A DNA stretch of 64,000 nucleotides from positions 102,426,001 through 102,490,000 of the forward strand of contig NC_058373.1 of NCBI RefSeq assembly GCF_018350175.1, in the 5' to 3' direction. The DNA comes from Felis catus. Its lineage: Eukaryota. Below are positions 25,296 to 38,640 of the stretch, piece by piece; position 1 is the stretch's first letter; each line of letters starts with the position of its first letter. The notes below the pieces were generated by a model. That model saw only the letters and a program-made list of their open reading frames with translations, searched no databases and was not told the origin of the DNA. The position numbers and the translations under genes are program-made.

Positions 25296-25522
25296 GGGGG
25301 CGCCTGGGTGGCGCAGTCGGTTAAGCGTCCGACTTCAGCCAGGTCACGATCTCGCGGTCTGTGAGTTCGAGCCCCGCGTCGGGCTCTGGGCTGATGGCTC
25401 AGAGCCTGGAGCCTGCTTCCGATTCTGTGTCTCCCTCTCTCTCTGCCCCTCCCCCGTTCATGCTCTGTCTCTCTCTGTCCCCAAAATAAATAAACGTTGA
25501 AAAAAAAATTATAAAAAAAAAA
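25296..25522 (+). mobile_element. Young SINEC_Fc
   Basis: CpG-intact, long A tail; TSD aaaagtactgctg. Confidence 0.95.
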
Positions 25523-25869
25523 AAAAGTACTGCTGTAGTACTTTAACATGGAATTTTAAATATGATTTTCACGTTAAGGTTCTTCCATATTTGGGTTATT
25601 ATCTTCATTTTACAGATGCTGAAACTGAGTTGCAAGCTTGAAGTAAGTGCTAAGTATTGCTAGATGTGAAGTTCGGGTTTTCAAAAGAAAACAGTAGTTT
25701 ACTATACATAAAGAGAACCCGGTGATTTGCAGTCAAGGTACTTCAGGTGAGCTATACCATCAATTCTTCCTTAGTTCCCTTATCTTTAAAAAGAAGAGAT
25801 GAACCAAGTGATCTCTAATGCCTCTTTAATGATGCAGATCTCTGTTTCAGAATGATTACATTTTAAAAG

Positions 25870-26520
25870 CTTCAGGGGTCCATGAATTTAAATGGGAAAA
25901 TGTTAGATTCTTGTTTTCACTAATCTCTAACTGAAATTTAACATTTGCTTCAAACCACAGCAAATTAGCAAACAGTCCCTGTGACTTTGTGGAATCACAG
26001 ATTTTTTTTAATTTAATTTTTTTAAGTTTATTTATTTATTTTGAGAGAAACAGAGACTGTGCATGTGAGGGAGGGGCAGAGAGAGGGAGGGGGAGAGAGA
26101 GAGAATCTGTCAGCGTGGAGCCCGATGTGGGGCTCTAACTCAGGAGCCGCAAGATCGTGACCTGAGGTGAAAGCAAAAATCAGACCTTAACTGACTGAGT
26201 CACCCAGGCGCCCCTGGAATCAAAGATATTTTTATGTCACATTGCAGTTGTTGCAGATATCTTGAAGATACCATTTATGTTGGTCATAATTTGAAAATTA
26301 TGGTAGTTAATAGCTTGTCATTGAAGCTTGTTATTTTATATATTACAAACGTAAAAAGTGCATTTAATACTAATGAGTTTTCAAAAAATATTTTGATAAC
26401 AGTATTTTAACATAATTGGTTTTCGTTGTGTGTATGGTTTTGTTTTAAAAAAATATTCTGAGAGTTTACAGTTTTCACGTACTCCAAGGAAATTTAAGGC
26501 ACAAAAAAGGTTAAATTCCC
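25870..26520. mobile_element. hAT-Charlie-like DNA transposon fragment, split by a SINE
   Basis: cttcaggggtccatgaa...cacaaaaaaggttaa terminal motifs. Confidence 0.55.
26002..26214 (-). mobile_element. SINEC
   Basis: Consensus; TSD tggaatca(c/a)agat. Confidence 0.9.
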
Positions 26521-26982
26521 GTTCTCCTCAGTGACTGCAAAAGGGGCCCAGGTTGCTTCTGGTTGATGTGAAAGAACTTCTGGGTACTACTTTTTGGGGG
26601 GCTGTGAGTGGATGGAGAGTCATCTCTGTATCACTATCCGGTTTCCAGAATGATGGATTATGATTATGTGACTTTTTACTAATGCTGAGGAAGTGAGATA
26701 TAACCAAAATGGCAATAATAGAAATAAATTTATGATCATCTCTATTTTGGATATGCTTTTCTGCAAGAATTAAGTTTCTAAGTGGTTGTTCCATTTGAGG
26801 GATTGTAGGAAAAGAGCTCTTATTTGAGGTTATCTGCTGTTGATATTCTAAGCCAGGAGGACTAGCTTGCCAAGAACAAAAGTTACCCACACAGCACATG
26901 TACTGCACAGAATATTTCTGAAATAGATTGGTTGGAAGGCCGTATTACCTTAAAAACATTAGGATTAGGATATTTACTGTTG

Positions 26983-26985
<3 letters not shown>

Positions 26986-27023
<38 letters not shown>

Positions 27024-27038
27024 TGTGTGTGTGTGTGT
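26986..27038. repeat. (TG)n microsatellite
   Basis: About 24 units with one interruption. Confidence 0.95.
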
Positions 27039-29066
27039 ATTTTGTTTGCCTTGTTCGTTTGTTTTGCTTGCTTGACTCATAGTAATTTCTGTATTAATTA
27101 GTTATGAGGAAGGAAATGGTAAGAAATTCTTCATATTGGTAAGAGTTAGGAATATTCACAACACTCAATAGTTTAATTGGAACACAAAGCCTGTGGGATT
27201 GTGTCCTGTGGTGAGTCTGTTATTCCATTTGTGATGCATTTATCTTTGGATTGGGTAGGGTGGGATATGCATTCTCGAAGTTACAATAAGTTTCCAGATC
27301 CTTATCAGTCAGTATTAGGAGTGACTGTTTTTAATAGTGATAATGAGGCAGCTATTCCCAGGAGGAGATTTAGTCACTGGCAAAATTGTCAGAACCCTGA
27401 AATAGTTCAGGAAAACTCAGGATGGAAAAAGCAAGTTGTGTCAAAAACAAAACAAAAAACTCGAGGCATTTTTTTGGAGGTTGAGATGGAGTGGCTGGAG
27501 GGGGCAAGAAACCAGATGAATTTCCCAAAGTCTGCAAGGTGTCTAGAAGCCAGAAGAGATTAGTAGTATTTACCTAAAGCACTCTAGTGTGAACAAGAAG
27601 TTTTGAATGTCATAAGATTAAATTGGTTAACAGCCACTAATCTGGAATATTCTTGTGTACATTGGCAAAATTTAATTTAACTTTGAGAAAAAAAAATCTT
27701 CTGGTAGCAGCTTGTTTTGGTTGCCAGTTTGAGAAAAATTTGGTATGTTATGCCAGCGAGGCATTTTACTGGTGTTAAGGGTGTGTGTGTGGGGTGGGGG
27801 AACTCTTCATGATCCTACAGGCCATATTTGCATGCCAGAGTTTACTAACTAATAATGAAGACAATTTTTGCCATGATTAGGCAGGATGAAGATGAGAAAT
27901 GTAGACCATGTCTTGAGGTATGTCTATCCTACCTTAATTTTAAGTGCAAAAGGAATCTTCTTTAGGTTAGGATTTTTTTTCATGGTTTTCTGCCTGTCAG
28001 CATAACAAGCTGTAAAACCTTGTTTAGTTTTCCTTAAATCCAGAAATGATTCTATACCAAATCCAAACAAACCAAATCACTCTTAAGGGAATAAGTGAAA
28101 ACATGTGTAGCTAGCTGCCTTGGCTGGCCTACATATGTTTGCAGATTGGCTCAGTTCTCTGTGCTAAGCAGATCCCTTCTTAAACATCCTGTGATGACCA
28201 TGACCATCCTCATCATCCATTGTAGAGGTGAACAGAGGCTGTGACGTTTATCTGAACTGTGTTTTGCAAACTCTGACCGTAATAACTTTTCTAGTTAGAT
28301 ACATAGCTGACAACTGATAGCTGACCTGACAGCTATTTAAATGCAGAATAAAAACAAATAAATATTATACAGTTGTGTTAACATAATATATGCTATATTA
28401 CAATTTCTGTGTACTGAAAGCTTTAAGTTTAGTTTTGGGAATAATAAAGGTATGAAAAGTTGAATTTGTTGCCCCCTTAAAGGCAAACTCTAGAGTTCAT
28501 TATGTTTATGTGAATTTTTCAGAGTTAAATGGAAAGTCTCTTTATAGTGTTTTGAAACAATGTAGGCATGGAGAGGGAAACCCAGTGTGAGATATGGAGA
28601 CATTTGGTATGAACTGCTGAGGTAACTCCTGGAAGGTAAGCCACCACCTTTTCCTGAGCTGGGCCAGATTGGGTATTATAGGACATGGTAATATCCCTAA
28701 CTAATAGTTGGAGTTACAGATGATTTTGAATATTGTAAGGTGATTATGTTTCTATTATACAAGTAATACATTTTTGTAGAAAATTTGGAAATACCACAAC
28801 AAATAGAAGGAGAAAAATTTCTTGTTAACAAAACTTGTAAGCTTGAAAGAGGAATCATGAATTAAAACATCCTGAAGTTTTTCTGCTACCTTTCTTCATG
28901 TTATGATTTTATGTTTTATCAAAGTGGTAAATGTGCATAAAGATTTAATAGCTCTGTAAGATTGGAAAAGCAACAGTTCTCCTCCCACTTCATCTCCTAC
29001 TTCTCCCTCTCTAGAGGCAAACATTTTAATTTCTTATATCTGATTTTTTCTGCATTTCTCTGTTCT

Positions 29067-29279
29067 CGTAGGGGAGGAAAAATTTTCTTCCTAATGCCCT
29101 TCTAGGTTCTGTAGCTGGGGCCCTGTAAATTGAACTGACAAAAGACAGATTAACAAGAGACAAGCATAAAAATTTATTTAATAAAAATTTTATGTGACAC
29201 AGGAGGCTTCATAAAGAAATGAAGACCTGAAGAAATGGTTCAGTCTGAGTATTTTTATATTAGATAAAAAAAAATTTTT

Positions 29280-29344
<65 letters not shown>

Positions 29345-29800
29345 CCTAGAATCTGAAGCAGGCTGTCCAGGCTCTGAGCTGCCTGCACAGAGCCAGACGT
29401 GAACCTTGAACTCACGAACCGCGAGATCGTGACCTGAGCTGAAGTCGGATGCTTAACTGACTGAGCCTCCAGGTGCCCCTGCACTAGATTTGATGGAAGA
29501 GTAGAAAGTCATAGAAAAACATGATAGGACAAAAGAATATGCACTCAGGGTATTAAACTGGGGAAACTTGGCAAGGCCATTTCCTTTGACTTCTCTCTGT
29601 AACCCTCCATCTACACAGATAAAGATGTTCTTTTCCTGGTATAGAAAGGACATCTCTTACAGGAAGGTCTTAGGACCTGCTTCTGGACAGAAGGGAAAGT
29701 CAAAGTCCTTCCGGCACCTTCTGGCACTGCAGGTTTTTTCAGTTTAAAATATTCAGTATACCAAGGCGCCTTATTTTGGGGTAGCAAGTTCTGAACACTC

Positions 29801-29803
<3 letters not shown>
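29067..29803 (-). mobile_element. Solo ERV1-type LTR (MER4/MER31-group-like), split by a SINE
   Basis: Minus strand begins tgagagtgttcagaacttgctaccccaaaataaggcgcc; actgacaaaagacagattaacaagaga near the other end. Confidence 0.7.
29266..29479 (-). mobile_element. SINEC_Fc-type SINE with long (GA)n
   Basis: Consensus. Confidence 0.9.
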
Positions 29804-29806
<3 letters not shown>

Positions 29807-29847
<41 letters not shown>

Positions 29848-30036
29848 AAGTTTATTTTTGTGAGAGCGCGGGCACGTGTGTGAACAGGGAAGGAGCAGAG
29901 AGAGACAGAGAATCTGAAGCAGCCTCCTGCGCACCATCAGCGTGAACTCATGCTCCATCAGTATGAACTCATGAACCATGAGAACATGACCTGAGCCAAA
30001 GTCGAATGCTTAACCAACTAAGCCACCAGGCCACCC
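29807..30036 (-). mobile_element. SINEC with (TG)n at the tail and an internal short duplication
   Basis: Consensus ends; ccatcag..tgaactcatg present twice. Confidence 0.85.
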
Positions 30037-30053
30037 TTGAACATTGTCATTCT

Positions 30054-30272
30054 TTAAATTTTTTTTAATGTTTTAGTTTTGAGAGGGAGAGAGAGAGAGA
30101 CAGAGTTTGAGCAGGGGAGGGACAGAGAGATGGGGAGACACAGAATCCGAAGCAGGCTCCAGGCTCCGAGCTGTCAGCATGGAGCCCGATGCAGGGCTCC
30201 AGCCCACGAACTTCAAGATCATGACCTGAGCTGAAGTCGAATGCTTAACTGACTGAGCCACCCAGGCGTCCC
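30054..30272 (-). mobile_element. SINEC_Fc-type SINE
   Basis: Consensus; TSD aaca(t/c)tgtc(a/g)ttctt. Confidence 0.92.
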
Positions 30273-31019
30273 GAAACACTGTCGTTCTTAACAGCGTGCT
30301 TATTATTCTGATTTCTTGATTTCTCAGCTTCAGGTAGTATCTCTTGATTTCCCATTACGACAGATGAGGATTCAGTTCTTTCTCAACATCCACAGGTATC
30401 CTTTTTCTTCTCCGATCCTAGTGTAATTGTTCATAAATTTGCTTAGGTTGGTATTCAGTATTTATACAGTTAAGACTGAACATGCTATTCACAGTTAAGC
30501 CATGGAGTAATCTATGAACACTTGTACTTTCCTGTACAACTTTTGGTTTCCCTGAAATGTTTATTTTTCTTTGTTATTATTTACTTTAAACTTCTCTCTA
30601 ATGTAGCTCAAATTGCAACTTGTTCATATTTCCTTTCAGGAGGTTCAGACAGTTAAGGTATTCTCTTAGTTTCCCTTATTCCTGAAGATGTGCTTCCATC
30701 TGGACTGATTGCCTACTTTTTTTACGCACAGCTCTTATCCTGGGACTTCCCTTCATCCACATCTTGAGGATGCTCCTTGCCTTTTTGTTTTGGATTTCTT
30801 GTTTTCTAGGTCTCTTATTTCCCTGTTTCTTGCTTTATGCTTTTGTTTTGGCAGAAGGTATTCTGATACATTAGGTTCCTGATAATTTATGTGATAGGTT
30901 CTTTTCTTCGTTTCTCTGTGTTTGAAATTGCACAATAAGGTGCCTTAGTGTGAGTTTGGTTCCATTGAGTACTTGGCGAACCGTTTCAATCTGGGAACTA
31001 TTATGTTGATGACTTTTCC

Positions 31020-31132
31020 TTTTTTTTCTTTTTTACTTCATGTAAGTAATCTCTACACCCAACGTGGGGCTCGGACTCACAACCCAGAGATCAATAATCC
31101 CAATCTCTTCCAACTGAGCCATCCAGGCACCC
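31020..31132 (-). mobile_element. Short (old-type) SINEC
   Basis: ctctacacccaacgtggggctc...ctgagccatccaggcaccc; TSD tgacttt. Confidence 0.8.
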
Positions 31133-31461
31133 TGACTTTCTCCCTCTCTTAGTTTTCTCTTACACTCTTGATGCTCTGATATTGGACTTCCTGGACTGAT
31201 CTTCCAATCTTCTTATGGTGTTCTAAGGAGTTTTTCCTTTTAGCTATTGCATTTTTAATTACCAACAAGGCATGCTTTTGCTCACTTTCATTTTCTGACT
31301 CTTTTTAGTTTTATTTTGTTTTAATTTACTGTTCTTTGCTTGTTCTTTGCATTGTTTTAACTTACTGTTCTTACTGTGTTTGCGATATTTTCTCTTATAT
31401 TTCTGAATATATTCATGGTATCTTTTCCCCCAGAATTTTCTTTACCCTGCATAGTCTCTGT

Positions 31462-31610
31462 AAGGACTAGCTACATAATCTGCAGGGCCCCTTGTTAACA
31501 TTTATTAGAGAATTTCAAGACAGCAACGGCAGAGCATTAAATCTAACACAGGGATCTTCTAAGTGCAGGGCACTGTGTGACTGCCTAGGTCACATGCCTG
31601 CAAAGCATAT
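31462..31610. mobile_element. MER45A-like hAT DNA transposon
   Basis: ctacataatctgcagggcccc...gaatttcaagac.gcaac.gcagagcattaaa...ctgtgtgactgc..aggtcacatgcc. Confidence 0.65.
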
Positions 31611-31974
31611 GCTGTCTCTTCCAACTTGCTTTTTCTGTTTCATTTCTTTGTTCTAGAGAGGTCTAGCAATTCTTGGCTATTTGCTAATATTTAATAGTGG
31701 GATCCTAGAATGCTGATTGAAAGCTCTGCATGTGCAGTAGGACTTCTACAATTGTGAGCTTCACTGTAGGAAGATCTGGCTGGACAAATTTAGTTTGAGA
31801 ATTTGTCATATAATGGCAAAATACAATTTTTCCTCTTAGACTAATTGTTAATATTCTCCAGAAAAGTTTTTTCTAATCTCCCTTGCCTGGAAGTGAAGGC
31901 CTGACTGTCAGCCTTTTGGGAAAGGGTATTAATAAAGAGGGCTGGGTCGATGACTAGTATTAGCGCATCATAGA

Positions 31975-32364
31975 CAGTTGTTAAAATTTTCAGGAACTTT
32001 GTGAGCCGTTTGCTAAATATGACAATTATTAAAGATTATGCAAACTTAGATGTTATATTAAAAAAATCATATCAATAAATTCTAAAAACTCACTACCCCT
32101 GAATATTTTATTACATTTTGTCATTATGGATGCTCTTGATAATTATTTACATCTAATCTGTATGGTGGAAATACTATTTAATGATAGGCTACCATGCATC
32201 TCATCTAATCTCTGTGAACAGTGATATCATTTCTTAGCTTGAAGCAGCCATGGTAAGAGTATTTATACCACAAGAATTCAGCAGATATTACAGATAATTA
32301 CACTTGTCTCCACCTCCCCTTACCCCCAAGTGGTTAAACATTTATATTTACCAACACACCATGG
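31975..32364. mobile_element. MER63-like hAT DNA transposon
   Basis: aaattttcaggaactttgtgagcc...gttaaacattta...ccaacacaccatgg. Confidence 0.6.
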
Positions 32365-32538
32365 ACAGAGACCTAGTAGCTATGCTAACTGAAACTGCCT
32401 TCGCTTTACTTGGTGATTCCCTGGTCTGTATAACCGTCTGTTTTAACCTTCTTTAGATTATCTTCAGCCCTTTGCAAGAGAGGGAAGGGCATTTGTCTGA
32501 ACAACTGGATCTGGAATTGCATTTCAGAAAGATATTCT

Positions 32539-32752
32539 GGGGCCACCTGGGTGGCTCAGTCAGTTGAGTGTTCAACTCTTGATTTTGGCCCAGGTCATGA
32601 TCTCATGGTTCATAAGATGGAGCCCTGTGTTGGGCTCTGTGTGCTGGCAGTGTGGGGCTTGCTTGGGATTCTCTCTCCCCCCTCTCTCTGCCTCTCCCCT
32701 GCTTGCTTGCACATGTGTGCTCTCCTCAAAGTAAGCTTTAAAAAAAAAAAAA
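32539..32752 (+). mobile_element. SINEC
   Basis: Consensus; TSD agaaagat(a/t)ttctg, with the right copy displaced to ~33196. Confidence 0.9.
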
Positions 32753-32762
32753 GTTTATTTTT

Positions 32763-32974
32763 GGGGCATCTGGGTGGCTCAGTTGGTTAAGCGTCCGACT
32801 TTGGCTCAGGTCATGATTTCGTGGTTTGTGGGTTTGAGCCCCACGTTGGGCTCTGTGCTAACAGCTCAGAGTCTGGAGCCTGCGTCGGAGTCTGTGTCTC
32901 ATTCTCTCTCTGCCCCTCCCCCACTTGTGCTGTCTTTCTCTGTCTCCCAAATATAAATAAATGTTAAAAAACAA
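32763..32974 (+). mobile_element. SINEC_Fc-type SINE
   Basis: Consensus; TSD tttatttttg. Confidence 0.92.
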
Positions 32975-32976
32975 TC

Positions 32977-32982
32977 TTTATT

Positions 32983-33024
<42 letters not shown>

Positions 33025-33183
33025 TGCAAGTGGGAGGAGGGGCAGAGAGAGGGGGAGACGGGATCTGAAGCAGGCTCCAAGCTGTCAGCACAGAGCCTGA
33101 CACAGGGCTCAAACCCACAAACTATGAGATCATGACCTGAGCCGAAGTCGAATGCTTAACTGAATGAGCCACCCAGGCACCCC
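32977..33183 (-). mobile_element. SINEC_Fc-type SINE
   Basis: Consensus with (GA)n. Confidence 0.9.
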
Positions 33184-34206
33184 ATTTTTTTTAAAAGAAA
33201 GATTTTCTGTTAACCCTTCCCATTTATTCTCTGCTGATACTTTTGGGGGAGTGTTGTTCCCTGATGCTTACCTTAGGATTCAGTTTTCTTAAGTCTTTGA
33301 GTCCTTTACCCTTTAGCCATTTATATTTCATCTTTCCAGGTTTTGTGACTACAGTCTCCAGTTCTCTTCGTACCATTGGGTTTATGTGTTTAAAAAAAAA
33401 AAAATCTTAGTGTTTGGGGAAGGAGCAACAAATAGCTTTGTGTTTAGTCCACCATCCAGTATTATCCAGAAGTCTGGGATATAATTCTGGGAATAAATAG
33501 GTAGATAACCTTAGCAATTTAAGGGGGATCTGAATAGTCTTAGCCAACCCCCTACTGGTTTGCAAGTCATATAAATGCAGTCAGGAAATAATTCTGATTG
33601 TAGAATATTTTTCCTTTTCATAAAGTAGGTGTTGAATCATGACCTGTTGTTAGATTTTTATATGGATGTGTGGGGACGTAAGGAAACACATAATACAATT
33701 TCAGGTCACATAGTTTGGTTTGAGGTGAATTGGGACAGTACCTAATTGTCCCAGGTCTGTAGCAATTCCTGTTGTCCTTCATTGGCTGGGTTTGCTGATC
33801 TGGTCACCTCATCCACTCTGAAGCAGGCATTTATTGCTCCCTCATCTAGCGAGTCTTCCAATCTTCTGACTTTGTCTCCACTCTTAATCTCTTCTGCTCA
33901 AATACATTGTCCTTTCCCCCCATTAGATTTTATGTGATTGGGTTAGGTAGACCCTCTTTTTCCTTAATTTCATACCAGGCCACCTCACAGTCCACTAAAT
34001 TCTCCCTTATCTATTGATGATTACCTTTTGGATAAGGTCAGAGTAGGAAGGTTCTAGGATACCCGGATGGCAGCTCAAGTAAAAGCAATTGCCTGTGATG
34101 TCTCAGAATGGGGATGTGGGCCACTCTGGCATTTAAGAAATTCCTGGATTCCTCTATTGAGGAATGCATATATTTACATCTTTTTTTTTTTTTTTAATCA
34201 TTTTGT

Positions 34207-34429
34207 GAGGGCATCTGGGTGGCTCAGTTGATTAAGCATCTGACTTCAGCTCAAGTCATCATGTTACGGTTTGTGGGTTCAAGCCCTGCCGCATCAGGCT
34301 CTGTGCTGACAGCTCAGAGCCTGGAGCCCACTTCGGATTCTGTGTCTGCCTCTCTCTGTGCCCCTTCCTGGCTCACACTCTGTCAATCTCTCAAAAATAA
34401 ATATTAAAAAAATAATAATAAAAATAAAA
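34207..34429 (+). mobile_element. SINEC_Fc-type SINE
   Basis: Consensus; TSD attttgtg. Confidence 0.9.
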
Positions 34430-36384
34430 GATTTTGTGGCTCAAGATAGTGACAGCTATGGCTAAAAATTTAGAATAAATATTTAATAAGATATAAAAGG
34501 AACAAATAAATATTTGACATTGCACATGTGAAATAGATTAGATGACCAGATGAACTTTCTTGTTTGTTCACAGTTGTGAAGATGATAATTATTTCTGTAA
34601 GATCCAGTGTACAGCAGTATCCAACTGCTAAAGTAAACATTTCTGCAAAAAGGGCTTCTGGAAACCACTGTTTATTGCTCCCTTTTCTAGTCTCTCCTTT
34701 CCTCACCGTCTTTTGTGTTTCAGTTAGAAGCTTGTATGTGCTAATGGCTTTTTCTTCTTGTTTGCTTTGTTTTTAAAAATCATTTGTAATTTCTGGTGAG
34801 CTCCTCCTGCCTGGGAAGAAATGCTTCTCTTAGGATGGGTTGGGAGGATTAGGCCAAGTTTTTTCCATATGATTATGTGCTCAGGTCCAAAATTCAGACT
34901 CAGGAGAGTCTGGAAAGATTGTTTTTTTTTTTTTTTTTTCTTTTCTGTGTTTTGAACTTTGTATTCACTTAAAAAAACTCTCATGAGTCTAACTATTAAA
35001 TCATCTTGAATCACACCTTTAAAAGATCACCTTATGTGAAAACAATAGAATACTGTGAAATTGGGACTGTCTTACGATATCTAGGTCCTGTGACTGTCAT
35101 GCTTAACCATACCCTTCCTCAGAAAGGGACTTGCATTTGCTTTGGTATTGCCCACATCATGCATTTACAATAGGAAATCTATACATGAGGGACCTTGTCA
35201 GCATGGTTCGGGAAGAATGATGGTAACATTATGATAGGTTTAAGGAAAGCTCACTCAGCCAAGTTGGTTTTGTCAAGGTGATGGTGATTGCCTGCTGACC
35301 AGCAACCTCAGAAAAGCTCTTTTTCTCAGCCCTAGATCGTGAAGCAGAGCACTTAGCTTTAAAGTGGTGGTAAACCAGGAGCTGGTGCCACACCCCTCAC
35401 ATTTTGAAATGTCCTAAGCCAAATGGTAGCGTGAATTTTTTACCAAATTCATCAGCAGTTTCTTTTTTCTGCCTCTTCACTTAGGGGACACTTTTAAAAA
35501 ATAAGTTTTACGGTAAGAAAGTTTAAAAAATTTTTATGTATAGTCATGGTCTTTATTAAAACTTGGTAAAACAGGCTTACTGTTGAAATAGCAGATGGCT
35601 GTGATAAAATGGGAACATGTCTGTAAAAAGAAACCAATGCAGATTAAATCATAATTATAAATATCTTTAATATGATTCATTAAGATGTTTTTCCTTTGGC
35701 CTGTTAATATTGTGTCCTCTTTTTATTCATCTCTTGACAAAACCAAAGAATTTTAAAAAGGACAGAAAATGAGTAAGGGTGACTTTGAAGTTCTTCTTTT
35801 AGAGATTTTTTAGGACTTGGACTTTCCAAAGTCAAAGAATCTTGAACTTGTAAGAACAGGCTGTTGTTGCATTTTGTTTTTTTTCTTCAGTGAGTTGCCA
35901 AAATATGGGTTATACTTACAAGGAATACCTGGTCCTTTTGTAATACAATGAATACCACAAGGATATTATTCACAGATGTCTTAAAATGGCAAAAGTTCTA
36001 TATGCATCCCTCCCCTCCACCCCCCCCCCCCCCACCACAAAGGAAGAAAGAAAGAAAGAAAAGAAGAGAAAGAAAGAAACAAACAATAGGTGTTTCCCTT
36101 ATTTCCTTTGCACCATTGCCCAAAGTAGGTATATGACCTTTTGGAGAGACAACTTGCAACATTTTTAACTGGTGCCAGTGGTTAGCTCAGTGCCAAGCCC
36201 CAGTAGGTGTTTAACATTTGTTGAATGGAGAAATGAATCAATAACTATTTCCAAACTGGTATCTCTCCTATCCATTCTCTATAAAGGTACTCCAGGGATC
36301 TGTCAACAATGCTAAACCATCATTCTACTTCCCCTTTAAAAATCCTTTAGTGTCCCTCAGCTACTTAAAGTTTGTCTCTCAGTA

Positions 36385-36556
36385 GTGCCTGTGTGGCTTA
36401 CTTGGTTGAGCATCCGATTCTTGATGTCTACTCAGATCATGATCTCATGGTTTGTGAGTTCGAGCCCAGTGTTGGGCTCTGCTCTGACAGCGTGGAGCCT
36501 GCTTCGGATTCTCTGTCTCTCTCTCTGCCCCTCCCTACCTCAAAAATAAATAAACA
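36385..36556 (+). mobile_element. SINEC
   Basis: Consensus. Confidence 0.85.
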
Positions 36557-36991
36557 TTTTTTTAAATTTCTTTTTTAAGTTTGCCTCTCAGACTTTTTTC
36601 CTTTTTAAATTGTTTTTGGTATTATAGAATTACTATATATACTGTGGTCAGAAATTCAAACATTGAAAATATGATGCAGAAAAAAATGTCCCTGTCATCC
36701 CAAGCATAACCAGTTTTTCTGTATTTGCAAACTACACAGTCTTTTCAGTTTTGTTTCACACCAATGGTATTATACTAAAATACTGTCCCCTCTCTCCTCC
36801 ATTTCCATTGGATTGCATGCAGTTTTTAATATCATGGAAATTAATCCTTTTTGTATATTGCAAATAATATTCTTCCAATCTTTTGCTTATCTTTTAACTT
36901 TATTGTGTCTTTTCCCCAAATAGATATTTAGAATTTGTATTTAGCCAGATATGTCAGTATTTTGTGTGTGTATGTATGTATGTATGTATGT

Positions 36992-37196
36992 ATTTATAAA
37001 AAATGTTTATTTTGAGAGAGAGAGAGACACAGTGTGAGTAGGAGAGGGGAAGAGAGAGGGGGGAGAGAGAATCCCAAGTAGGTTCCGTGTTGTCAGCACA
37101 GAGCCCAACGAGAGGCTTGATCCCATGAACCATGAGATCATGACCTGTGGAAATCAAGAGTCAGACATTCAACCAACTGAGCCACGCAGGCACCTC
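36992..37196 (-). mobile_element. SINEC
   Basis: Consensus; (TATG)n at the tail. Confidence 0.88.
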
Positions 37197-37469
37197 CCCT
37201 ACTAAGATTTTAAAATCCTTCTCTCATATTTGACAGCATTGGATTTTACATTTTATTCAATCTGTCACTTTTAAGTTTTTATAGTGAAGTAGGCATCTAC
37301 CTTTTCACTCAGATACCCAGTGAGTTTATTCAAACATCCTGCTTTAATCATTTAGGGTGTTGTTTTCTTGAACTACTTACTTGTTTCTGCTCTCTTGCCA
37401 TACTGTTTTGATTACTGTAGTATTTTTGTATGTTTTGGGAACTTTATTTTTCCCACAACAAATCTTACT

Positions 37470-38640
37470 ATTCTTTTTAAATTTAGATAAGAATTATATG
37501 CCATTAGATTTGTGTTTTAAAAATATACAGTTCATTGGTGTTTAGTATAGTCACATAGTTGTGCAGCCATCACCTCTGATTCATTTTCATCACTCCCAAA
37601 AGAAACTCCATATCCATTAGCAGTTGCTCCCCATTTCTTTGCCCACTGAGTCCTGCCCCCCCAACCCCCACCCCTAGGCCCTAGGCAACCGTTAATCTAC
37701 TTTCGGTCTCTATAGGTTTGTCTGTTCTACAGATGGATCATAAAATATGTGACCTTTTGTGTCTGGATTCTTTTACTTACCATAATGTTTTCAAAGTTCA
37801 TCCATGTTGTAGTACTGTTATAAGCACGCTGTGCAGGTACACACGTAAGTTGTATCTGTCTACAGTGTCAGCTCTATTCAGTCATGAAGCAGTGTTAACA
37901 TAATTATAAAGCAGGTTCAGGATTCCAAACTCAGTGACATTTCACCACATGATTAACTTGGCTTCTTACACAGCAGAGCACAAGACAAGTCACGCAACAC
38001 AGAAGATCACACAGGGGGTGGGAAATTAATGAACCAAATGAGGAGTCAGTCTGTGAGCGACCAGTTGAGATCAGGCCTAGGTCCTGCTCGGGTCAGCTCT
38101 CAGCACTTACTGCTTATTATGTTCAAGCAGTGAAGGATCTCACCTCTGTTCAGAGATCAGTTGGGCAGAGCCTTCCAGCTGCAGCTGCCTTTTTAAAGTG
38201 GTCAAAGAGGGGTCAGTGTCTAAAGAGTCTGACAGCTGCAAAAATCCCCCCCCCCCCCCTTTAAAAGGATTTAATCATTCTTGGGCCCCTGCAGACCTCC
38301 TCTGCTTCTTGTTATCACTTCTGGGGTGTCATTAATTGGTGCTGGTCTTGATGATATCTTGTAGCTGCAGTACCCTTAACAGTGTCATTGCTTGACAAAG
38401 GCCCTTGTTTGACCTGAGTGACTCCATCTTGCTCTCTACAAGTACTTGTACCAGTGCTTCATTAATACATTGTATGTATACACCGCCATTTGTTTATACC
38501 TTCATCCACTAACGGACATCTTGTTTGTTTGCACCTGTTTTAAATAGTGCTGCTATAAAATTTTGTGTACAAGTATTTGGATATCTCTTTTCAGTTCTTT
38601 GGGGGTATATACCTAGGAATAGAGTTGCTGGGTCATGTGT
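37470..38640 (-). mobile_element. L1MB-like 3' fragment split by an LTR
   Basis: ttttcatcactcccaaaagaaac...taatctacttt...gttcatccatgttgtag | ccagtgcttc...tatacctaggaatagagttgctgggtcat. Confidence 0.8.
37816..38440 (-). mobile_element. Solo LTR (family not identified)
   Basis: TG...CA termini with a perfect 5-bp TSD agtac (37811-37815 and 38441-38445) interrupting the L1; orientation inferred from a tgtagagagcaagatggagtcac start. Confidence 0.75.

Larger units (their letters stand above)
28960..33470 (-). mobile_element. Second fragmented HAL1/ancient L1-like element
   Basis: Shares motifs with 4010-7130 (tcctggactgat, ctgattgaaagctctg...tgtgagctt); many nested insertions. Confidence 0.5.

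Noticed and set aside
25296..25380. tRNA-like A/B box sequences
   Set aside because: These are SINE heads derived from tRNA, not tRNA genes
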